Shown here: piece after piece, positions 19,301-25,410 of the stretch
Layout of the letters: every line of letters starts with the position of its first letter
Numbering within the stretch: position 1 is the stretch's first letter
Source: Desulfocapsa sulfexigens DSM 10523
Lineage (GTDB): Bacteria > Desulfobacterota > Desulfobulbia > Desulfobulbales > Desulfocapsaceae
DNA: 32,000 nt
Assembly (NCBI RefSeq): GCF_000341395.1
Contig: NC_020304.1
Span: forward strand, 1,320,001 to 1,352,000
Reading direction: 5' to 3'
Program-made: the position numbers and the translations under genes
Notes under the pieces: model-generated
The model's database searches: none
Seen by the model: the letters and a program-made list of their open reading frames with translations, nothing else
Told to the model about the DNA's origin: nothing

Positions 19301-19457
19301 GGAGCGCCTCTCCCCTCTGGCTGATGTTGCCGTTGGCGGTTTGATTGTTGGAACGCTGTTGACACTCATTTATGTACCCATGTTTGCCTACGGCTTTGAT
19401 GGCAATGACAATTCACAGGCAACATCGAGTGAACTGGGGTCAGATAAAGCATCATGA
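16350..19457 (+). CDS. RND efflux permease (AcrB/HAE1-like)
   Basis: About 1035 aa with a 12-TM layout and two large periplasmic loops. LGLLVDDAVVVLENIERH motif in TM4. The track start at 16338 is TTG, and the ATG at 16350 gives MFSLFYKRPHLL. Confidence 0.93.
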   Translation: MFSLFYKRPHLLFSIIALFFVLGIIGLITMPKNLFPDADRPQVIVITQIPGSTAEVAASTVSKPIESEIARLSEVREISSVNVANFSIVKAEFEYTKGLNAAAVDVANALSIARANLPFTANPAVYTAGSFTLPVEVVALSPKSDLINLGDIRKIADSFIKPALLSNPGIGNVEVFGGHQSALVIAIDPFGLQRYGLTVDILAKTIMSANRDIPIGFVKGADGFFTLTYYGEQTSVEALSRLRVAPNLRLGDVADIHWSTQKRFSGYIGNGKGAIALAIQRSPGGSVLSVSNTARAEIDRLAKQYPNINFQIADTQRDLIETANDNMLEALRDAILYTLLVLLFFLGNFRAILAAGLSIPLVFFSTMAVIYLIGGELNIVVYTAIILALGLLVDDAVVVLENIERHLGELHENLETAIEQGTKEVIAPIFAGTVATIAIMFPLMYVGDFPEHIFRPLIETLIIALLVSYFLSITFIPKLSAYLYRKGMKKNRVELFFESLYEKSVGRLVAPYEKVLFFSNGRFPRIRKLFLTLGVLLILVLSLRTVMPILGKDVMPPMDTGIIKAHVAFSANDTVESAEKKIALFLEWLHSRKEVVMSSVAFGGEAEVLSLGSGNLPAEATFSVNCVNRFERTKTIWEIEDEIRDHLNMLSSVKSVDVYDFGATAVSSIKAPLDVRIMAPDYKNLPEMGHTIAKALTGIKGLTSMSLSWDQDFNEAEILIDSNKALSYGLTPFTIAAQIPIKGQVVSLLGNFATMNTQPVRLYLKGEFNANLQSLRLLPIQISDGNSVPLEAIADIRHRLAAAKIERDRMLYSLDVNGYRSLRPITHITSDAEAIIEGIDTSGTIVSQAGDITQLNDSFSRILKAIGTGIIILLMALIAIYRSVRMSLVMIIVLPLSMIGASWGMLLFGKPSCMPSMVGILLLFGIIIKNSILLIDFYQHYRKEEGAFESALESVRVRFRPVMMTAFGTIAGMIPIALEQAVGLERLSPLADVAVGGLIVGTLLTLIYVPMFAYGFDGNDNSQATSSELGSDKAS

Positions 19458-19639
19458 TTGCCAAATGAGACCAGCAAATGAGAAAATTCTATTGAAATCT
19501 CCAAAAGACGTTAGTCTGCATTTCTCATGAGTTGAGGAGCTTACATATGCGAGGAACGAGCCACTAACCTATAATTTGCTGCGGCTGTTGCCTCAGAGAC
19601 TGCGGTCATTAAATTGTTACTTTATGTAAGAGAGTCCTT

Positions 19640-20005
19640 ATGAAAAAAACATTGTATCATGTGTCTGTATTATTTGTTCTTGTCATTTGTTTTTCAACCA
19701 CAGTCAAGGCTGAAGATTACCCAGTAAACAATACGGTGACAATGCTAGAGCTTGGTGCCGATAGCTGCGTGCCTTGTAAACTGATGGCTCCGATTATTGA
19801 CAAACTGGAGCATGAGTACAGGGGGAAAGCTGCTATTGTTTTTATCGATGTATGGAAAGATCCGAACCAGGCAAAAAAATATGGGATCACTGCGATCCCC
19901 ACTCAGATTTTCTACGAAAAAAGTGGCAGAGAGCGGTATCGTCATGTTGGCTTTTTGAATGAAAAAGAGATTCGAAAGTGGCTGGATATGCTTATTTCGA
20001 TTTAA
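19640..20005 (+). CDS. Periplasmic thioredoxin-family protein
   Basis: Sec signal peptide (..CFSTTVKA-ED). CVPC active site and a cis-Pro region (ITAIPTQIFY). Confidence 0.85.
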   Translation: MKKTLYHVSVLFVLVICFSTTVKAEDYPVNNTVTMLELGADSCVPCKLMAPIIDKLEHEYRGKAAIVFIDVWKDPNQAKKYGITAIPTQIFYEKSGRERYRHVGFLNEKEIRKWLDMLISI

Positions 20006-20050
20006 CAGAGCCACTCTCATGGCTAAAGGTATTTTCAATAAAGGAGCCTT

Positions 20051-20758
20051 ATGCTTGATACTCTTTTTATCACTATTAATTCATGGATGACAGGCGGACT
20101 TTTAGTCGCTGCTGTTGGATGTTTCGCCTGGGGCATGGTCAGTGTACTTTTTAGTCCCTGCCATATGGTATCCATTCCCCTTATTGTTGGTTATGTGGGC
20201 GGCCAGAATACAATCCTTAAAGAACGGGATGCCATTCCCTACGCCCTGGTTTTTACCAGCGGACTCTTTATCACCATCGCTATAATAGGGTTTGTCTGCG
20301 TCATGCTGGGGAGGATGATGGGGGATGTAGGTCCGTACTGGACCATCCTGCTGGGGATCATTCTTTTATGGGTTGCAATGGATATGCTTGGAATTGCCAA
20401 ATGCAGCATGCCAGGTAATTCGTTACAGAAGATTCAAGTCAGGGGACTGTCCGGGGCCTTTCTTTTAGGCCTTGCCTATGGTGTGCTTTCCGGCTCCTGT
20501 ACCTTTGGCTTTATTGCTCCCATTCTCGCCATTATTACCATTCAGAAGGAGATTGCCACAGGACTCTTTCTTCTCACACTTTTTGCCCTGGGCCATTGTC
20601 TCCCCATTGCTGTGGCTGGCAGTTCAGCAACGACCATCAAGAGAATCCTTAATAATTCATCTTTTCACCATAGCAGCACCTGGTTTAGAAAAGGTGCCGG
20701 GGTTTTAATTGGGAGTCTTGGGGTGTATTTTATTCTTCTCCCCTGGATAAGCGTATGA
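20051..20758 (+). CDS. ccdA: CcdA/DsbD-family transmembrane thiol:disulfide electron-transfer protein
   Basis: Six-TM protein with the two conserved Cys contexts (LFSPCHMVSIPL and VLSGSCTFGF). Confidence 0.8.
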   Translation: MLDTLFITINSWMTGGLLVAAVGCFAWGMVSVLFSPCHMVSIPLIVGYVGGQNTILKERDAIPYALVFTSGLFITIAIIGFVCVMLGRMMGDVGPYWTILLGIILLWVAMDMLGIAKCSMPGNSLQKIQVRGLSGAFLLGLAYGVLSGSCTFGFIAPILAIITIQKEIATGLFLLTLFALGHCLPIAVAGSSATTIKRILNNSSFHHSSTWFRKGAGVLIGSLGVYFILLPWISV

Positions 20759-21471
20759 AGAAAGCAAATTTTGTTCTACCAGAGAAGATGACCCCCGAGC
20801 AAAAGTTTTTTCGTACAATCCCTCAACTGTCATTGTTGGAAGACAATCAAGTTTTTAAGCTTGCCCAAAAAACGATAAAAAAGAAGTACCGCAAAGGAGA
20901 GTATGTTTTTTTTCAAGGAGATCCGGTTGACCATCTCTATTTTCTTGAGATAGGAAAAGTTGAAGTCTATAAGAGCGATATCAATGGAAAAAAACTCAGT
21001 CTCTGGTACATCGAAGAAAGTGAAATATTCTGTCTTGCTGCACTCTATTCACCAAAAGCTTTTGCCTGTGCAGAAGTTATGGAGGATGCTCTTATCTATT
21101 CCCTGTTAAAAAAGGATTTTGATGAAGTCATGACATCTTCCCATGCCCTTTCCAGAAATTTGATCCGTTGTGTTTGTAATAAGCTTGTTGCTTATTCCAC
21201 CTTAGTCGATGATATCGCTTTTAAAAAAATTGAGGTTAGACTTGCAAAAGCACTCCTGGGGAACCAATCTTCTGTTGGAAATGATACATATGTCTGTCAA
21301 CTTTCCCAGGATGAACTGGCCGCCCAGGTGGGAACTCGAAGAGAGGTTGTGGCCCGCTGTCTAAAGGCCTTTCGAGAACGTGATTTGATCAAAATTTCCA
21401 ATACCGGACGGCCCAGAAACATTATCATTCATTCCTGTGATGCGTTACAAGATATCGTTGACCAAGAGTGA
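20755..21471 (+). CDS. Crp/Fnr-family transcriptional regulator (CRP-like recognition helix, no FNR Cys cluster)
   Basis: cNMP-binding beta-roll (YVFFQGDPVDHLYFLEIGKVEVY). C-terminal helix-turn-helix LSQDELAAQVGTRREVVARCLK. Its start overlaps the ccdA stop (ATGA). Confidence 0.9.
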   Translation: MKKANFVLPEKMTPEQKFFRTIPQLSLLEDNQVFKLAQKTIKKKYRKGEYVFFQGDPVDHLYFLEIGKVEVYKSDINGKKLSLWYIEESEIFCLAALYSPKAFACAEVMEDALIYSLLKKDFDEVMTSSHALSRNLIRCVCNKLVAYSTLVDDIAFKKIEVRLAKALLGNQSSVGNDTYVCQLSQDELAAQVGTRREVVARCLKAFRERDLIKISNTGRPRNIIIHSCDALQDIVDQE

Positions 21472-21672
21472 CTTGGAGTGCCTCCTCTGTCCAGGAAAAT
21501 GTTGTTTCCTGGGACAGAAAAGGCGTCTTCTGTCTTTGATTAAGGCATTCCGAAGATTAATAACCCTCTAGGGCCGCTTTAGTCTTAGCAGCCTTATTCT
21601 TCACTTTGTTCGTATTGACTTGCACTCCTGCTGTTGAATTATGCATTAGCATTTGGAGTAACGCCATACGAT

Positions 21673-21978
21673 TTAATCCTCCATTTTCGGGTCGGTCCAG
21701 CCGAATCGAATGTTACTTTTTGCTCCCTCCTGTTCGTTGGGCTTGGTTGTTATTGCCTGTGCCGGTGCAGACTGAACCGGACTCGTTTGCTCTCCTGTTC
21801 GCTTTGTTTTCAAGGCTGTTATCGTATCCGATGATCCCTGAAGGCTCACTCCGTTGATGGTTCCTGTATACTGGATAAGCAGAGTATTCCCGGATTCAAG
21901 ATCTATGCGCATCTCATCCGCATAGGCAGTGGTGCCGTAAAATATTATGCCAAGCAAGACAATATATATTCTTTTCAT
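21673..21978 (-). CDS. Small secreted hypothetical protein
   Basis: Clear Sec signal (MKRIYIVLLGIIFYGTTAYA-DE). It lies 77 nt downstream of the porin gene on the same strand. Confidence 0.5.
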   Translation of the reverse strand: MKRIYIVLLGIIFYGTTAYADEMRIDLESGNTLLIQYTGTINGVSLQGSSDTITALKTKRTGEQTSPVQSAPAQAITTKPNEQEGAKSNIRFGWTDPKMED

Positions 21979-22055
21979 ACCTCTCCTTCTCTATATGTTT
22001 TGCGGTACTGGAGGCTCCTGTCCAAAAGAAGACTGTCACCTCCAAGTACGCCCCC

Positions 22056-23450
22056 TTAGAAGCTCACCATAAACATAGCCGTAACTACATCATAGCTGTC
22101 ATACATTTCGGTGTTTGCACCGGTCATCTGCAGGTAATCACCTATCTTTGTCGATTTATCAAATTCTGTGTTATAATATTCCATGGTAAAGCGTACTTTT
22201 TGATCCCCGAGAACAAAATAATTTATACCAATACCCCATTGCTGAACCCCCTGATCCTGGACACCAAGATACGAAGCAAGGTTCCAATCCTCATAACGAA
22301 CAAAAGGCTGCAGGAGTCCTTTTTCTCCCACAGTAAAAGGCAGGACGTATCCAGCTTTCACATACCAGCCGTCCTTCTGGCCATTTCCTCCACCCACAAT
22401 GCTGTTTTGATCGGCAACGGATGTTGCTGTTTTATAGGCATCTTCAAAATCGGAATTTAAATAGAGGGCAGTTGCTGTAATCACGCCACCATTGTCAAAG
22501 GGCTGCTCATAAAAAATATCGGCTGTATAGGCAGTGTAGTCAACTGTCTCATTGTTTAATACTTTGGTAGTCAGGAAACCCGGGGTTCCCATGTCTCCTG
22601 CAGGGGTGGTGTTCTTATAGGCAGCATCAGCCTCGTAGGCAAAACCGCCACCTATGGTTAATAAAGTCCCTTTCTTCCCTAGGTATGTCCCTTTATACCC
22701 CATGGCCGTAGGGCCGCCTTCAGGATTCAGAATAGCGTAATGAAGTCGTCCAACATATTCAAAGCTGTTACTTGGCTCAGGCGATGTGATAAATTCCATA
22801 TTATTAAAAGGATTGTAAAACCTGACTTCCCCTTCTCTTCCTTCCATGATTGCAGCAAAGTATTTCAGGTGATCATCCATAAAGTTTCCAGAAAGAACCA
22901 GGCCCATGTCACGGCTATTTTTAGTGGCATCTGTGCCATAGGGTGAATAGACAAATGAGGAACGTTCATGGGTGAGAGGGGAAAAACACGCGTCGAGATT
23001 GGCTCTAGTTAGAGGGATTTTGGATAAACCGAGTTTCATATTCATTGAATCGGCAAATAAACCAATGAGGTAGCCATCGGTAAGTCTTATATTCGAGTTG
23101 AGCTTTTCGTTGGACATGGCCAGTTGATACCCGCCAGCTCCGAAGTTCCGTGTTGCACTGGTTCCAGCGCAGGTCTGAAATTTGGCTCCCCAGGTATCAT
23201 TTATCATCCCGGTGAAGACCAGACGAGCTCTACGCAGATCAAAATCACTCCGGCTTTCAGTACCATCAGCCCCCGAGCCAAAATCTGTAAAATCCGCAAT
23301 CCCCTGAAATTTCACATCTATCTGTAGGTAACCGTCATCACCAAATTCGACTATCGGTCCGGCTACTGCTGGTTGAGAAGCTAAAATCGCTCCTACTCCC
23401 ATCATAAGCATGCCAATTCCAGTTGCTGCCATACTGTAAGTCTTTCTCAT
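22056..23450 (-). CDS. Outer-membrane porin-like beta-barrel
   Basis: The internal ATG (residue 19 of the track ORF) has a GAGGAG Shine-Dalgarno and gives the signal peptide MRKTYSMAATGIGMLMMGVGAILASQPAVA. Amphipathic beta-strand pattern and a C-terminal F (..FMVSF). Confidence 0.7.
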   Translation of the reverse strand: MRKTYSMAATGIGMLMMGVGAILASQPAVAGPIVEFGDDGYLQIDVKFQGIADFTDFGSGADGTESRSDFDLRRARLVFTGMINDTWGAKFQTCAGTSATRNFGAGGYQLAMSNEKLNSNIRLTDGYLIGLFADSMNMKLGLSKIPLTRANLDACFSPLTHERSSFVYSPYGTDATKNSRDMGLVLSGNFMDDHLKYFAAIMEGREGEVRFYNPFNNMEFITSPEPSNSFEYVGRLHYAILNPEGGPTAMGYKGTYLGKKGTLLTIGGGFAYEADAAYKNTTPAGDMGTPGFLTTKVLNNETVDYTAYTADIFYEQPFDNGGVITATALYLNSDFEDAYKTATSVADQNSIVGGGNGQKDGWYVKAGYVLPFTVGEKGLLQPFVRYEDWNLASYLGVQDQGVQQWGIGINYFVLGDQKVRFTMEYYNTEFDKSTKIGDYLQMTGANTEMYDSYDVVTAMFMVSF

Positions 23451-23574
23451 CTCTTTGTTCTCCTCTTCTAGAGTTTCACAGACTATCTCTCCCAGGATAA
23501 GCAAACAGGCTTTCCTTCTTTGTCCCTTATAGCAGAAGAAGAAACGGCGTTAAATGACATCAGTCACGTGCTGC

Positions 23575-23590
23575 TGTGACTTTTGTCACA
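23575..23590. promoter_or_regulatory. Perfect CRP-type box TGTGA-CTTTTG-TCACA in the divergent porin/methyltransferase intergenic region
   Basis: Read directly. An extra GTCAC copy lies at about 23564-23568. A perfect TTGACA hexamer (23596-23601) sits 6 nt to the right. My coordinates here may be off by 1. Confidence 0.55.
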
Positions 23591-23673
23591 GTATTTTGAC
23601 AGAGAATACAGCATATTAAATGTTTGAAACAAAATGTTCACTCCTCAAGGGGGTACTGAAAAAAGCATGAGAA

Positions 23674-24642
23674 ATGTGGGATGAGCGCTCAGCACGGGAA
23701 TTCGACTCTTTACCTGGGCAACTACGGTGTATGAAAAGAAACAGGCCGAATGAGAAGACCGAGCCATGGACGCATTACTGGAAGAATGCAACAAAAGATT
23801 CTTCCGGGTGTATCCCTGGTGCTCCTGCTTCCGTAGCAGATCTTTTTCAAGAAATATGGGCCAATTTCTTCAAAACTCTTCCAAGAGGGGCACGATTACT
23901 GGATTTAGGGACAGGGGGAGGAGCTGTGCTGAGAGAAGCACAGGCCAGACGCCAGGATATACATCTGACCGGTGTCGATTTTGCAAAGGTGTTACCCGAT
24001 CTTGGTGAAAAGGTTGCTATGTTTCCAAATACATGTTTGGAAAAACTTCCATTTGAAGATGGCAGTTTTGATGTAATTACCAGTCAGTTTGCAATTGAAT
24101 ATGCCTCTTTCAGTCAGGCAATGAGTGAAATAAAACGGGTACTGACGCCTGGTGGGAGGTTCTTCTTCCTTTGTCACAACGCCGACAGTATTATAGTGCG
24201 CGATAATATCAAACGGCTGGCTGCGATCAGAGATCTTTTGGCCAGTTCCGGTCTCCTGAATGGGGCTATTCAGGTTGTCAAACAGAAAAAAACCTTACTC
24301 CCCAAAAAACAAAAATATCTGGCTCAATTGTTTCGCACAGTGCAGTCAAAACACCCTGAGCAACCACTTATCAATGAAATTGCAGAACGTATAGCCGGCC
24401 TGATGACCGAGGCGGGTGGTTTGCAAAAACTTCTTTTACTTCGGCGGGACGTTGAAATGGAAGGCAGGAGAATTACGGCACTGAAAGTCTCAGCTCTACG
24501 GTTATCACAGCTTCAAAATTTTTGTTCTCAACTCTCTTCCCCAAACAGATCAGTACAACATAGTACAGTTTTTGTACCTGGAACAAAAATTCCGCTGGCT
24601 TGGTCTGTCAAGAGTGAACGCAGTCAGGAAAATGTTTTGTAA
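23674..24642 (+). CDS. Class I SAM-dependent methyltransferase with a C-terminal extension of unknown function
   Basis: Motif I LLDLGTGGGAVL and post-I/II elements (DVITSQFAIEY, LTPGGRFFF). The start is uncertain; the alternative ATG is at 23731. Confidence 0.75.
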   Translation: MWDERSAREFDSLPGQLRCMKRNRPNEKTEPWTHYWKNATKDSSGCIPGAPASVADLFQEIWANFFKTLPRGARLLDLGTGGGAVLREAQARRQDIHLTGVDFAKVLPDLGEKVAMFPNTCLEKLPFEDGSFDVITSQFAIEYASFSQAMSEIKRVLTPGGRFFFLCHNADSIIVRDNIKRLAAIRDLLASSGLLNGAIQVVKQKKTLLPKKQKYLAQLFRTVQSKHPEQPLINEIAERIAGLMTEAGGLQKLLLLRRDVEMEGRRITALKVSALRLSQLQNFCSQLSSPNRSVQHSTVFVPGTKIPLAWSVKSERSQENVL

Positions 24643-24760
24643 GGCTGTACTCTCCTGACTTCGTAATTAAAAAATTATAGCATAAACATTCGAGTAATAA
24701 CTGTCTAATTGGCAGTTAATCTGAAAAGCTTATGTAATGGAAAACGAAAAGAGTCGCGAT

Positions 24761-24792
24761 TGTCTGCTTCGACGAAAACGTCGAAGCAGACA
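24761..24792. promoter_or_regulatory. 32-bp perfect palindrome TGTCTGCTTCGACG-AAAA-CGTCGAAGCAGACA; candidate enhancer-binding-protein site (UAS) or stem-loop
   Basis: Read directly. An additional GTCGAAG half-site copy follows at about 24798-24804. It lies about 100 bp upstream of the sigma54-like promoter and about 120 nt after the methyltransferase stop. Confidence 0.5.
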
Positions 24793-24878
24793 TAACTTGT
24801 CGAAGTCCAGTCAGGAATCATTCACATAAAAATCTCCTATAATACTGTATCTAGGCACTATTTAATAAATTAATTTAC

Positions 24879-24894
24879 TGGCATCATTCCTGCA
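24879..24894 (+). promoter_or_regulatory. Sigma54 (-24/-12)-type promoter TGGCAT-CATTC-CTGCA
   Basis: The GG and GC dinucleotides have the canonical spacing of TGGCACG-N4-TTGCW. TGGCA matches 5 of 5 and CTGCA matches 4 of 5. It lies about 72 nt upstream of the ATG at 24966. Confidence 0.55.
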
Positions 24895-24965
24895 AGTCTC
24901 TCCGTAGTATGGTCGTGAGTAGTTTATGTAATGATTTTTTTAATTTATAACTTGGAGGTTATACA

Positions 24966-25337
24966 ATGAAACACACAGGAACAATCGTAAAAACAGCTTT
25001 AACACTTATGGTTTGTGGTATGCTGGCAGCACCTATTACTGCTGATGCTGGACGTTTTAGAGGTGCAGGTGGTGGTACTGCAATGGGTGGAGGCATAGGC
25101 GTTGGTTTTGTCGATGCCAATGGTGATGGTATCAATGATAATTTCATTGATGCAGATGGTGACGGACTTTGTGATATCACCGGTTTACCAGTTGGGGCTA
25201 TGGGTTTTGGTTTTGTTGATGCCAATGGTGATGGCATAAACGACAATAGTGTGGACGCAGATGGTGATGGCATCTGTGATCTTACCGGACTCCCAGTTGG
25301 TACTGGTGCTGGTAATGGTTACAGGGGTGGTCGGTAA
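24966..25337 (+). CDS. Secreted Gly/Asp-rich mini-protein with two tandem 35-aa DxDxDG calcium-loop repeats
   Basis: GGAGG Shine-Dalgarno (ttGGAGGttatacaATG). Sec signal ..GMLAAPITADA. Repeats G[VF]GFVDANGDGINDNxxDADGDGxCDxTGLPVG occur twice, followed by a strong terminator-like hairpin. Confidence 0.75.
   Translation: MKHTGTIVKTALTLMVCGMLAAPITADAGRFRGAGGGTAMGGGIGVGFVDANGDGINDNFIDADGDGLCDITGLPVGAMGFGFVDANGDGINDNSVDADGDGICDLTGLPVGTGAGNGYRGGR
25098..25307 (+). repeat. Tandem 105-bp intragenic duplication (25098-25202 and 25203-25307)
   Basis: The two copies encode near-identical 35-aa units. Many of the nucleotide differences fall on third codon positions, which suggests the peptide is under selection and this is not a recent slip. 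Confidence 0.85.
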
Positions 25338-25359
25338 TATACTGGAATGTCAATTAATG

Positions 25360-25385
25360 AGGCGGGTTTCGACCCGCCTTTTCTG
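25360..25385 (+). terminator. Rho-independent terminator/attenuator: AGGCGGGT-TTCG-ACCCGCCT followed by TTTCTGTT
   Basis: GC-rich 8-bp stem, tetraloop and T-rich tail read directly. It sits 22 nt after the mini-protein stop and only about 25 nt before the next ATG at 25411. Confidence 0.75.
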
Positions 25386-25410
25386 TTCCCACGCATAAGA
25401 GTTTTCCTCA

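Noticed and set aside
21495-21530. Imperfect hairpin CTGTCCAGGAAA...TTTCCTGGGACAG after the crp-family gene as a terminator
   Set aside because: The stem has a bulge and no U-tract follows on either strand, so I leave it unannotated.
23395-23405. Apparent frame inconsistency at a C-run when I hand-translated the porin gene, suggesting a possible frameshift or phase-variable tract
   Set aside because: The supplied ORF track shows one continuous ORF across this point. My manual base counting is the more likely error. As a consequence, coordinates I give between about 23400 and 23670 may be off by 1.
24959-25273. 104-aa minus-strand ORF (Pro/Ser-rich) antisense to the calcium-loop repeat gene
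   Set aside because: It is the mirror image of the GAT/GGT-rich repeat coding sequence. The plus-strand gene has a GGAGG Shine-Dalgarno, a signal peptide and a terminator, and the antisense ORF has none of these.
25098-25307. Tandem repeat considered as a CRISPR or other non-coding repeat array
   Set aside because: There are only two units, directly adjacent without spacers, in frame inside a well-supported CDS.
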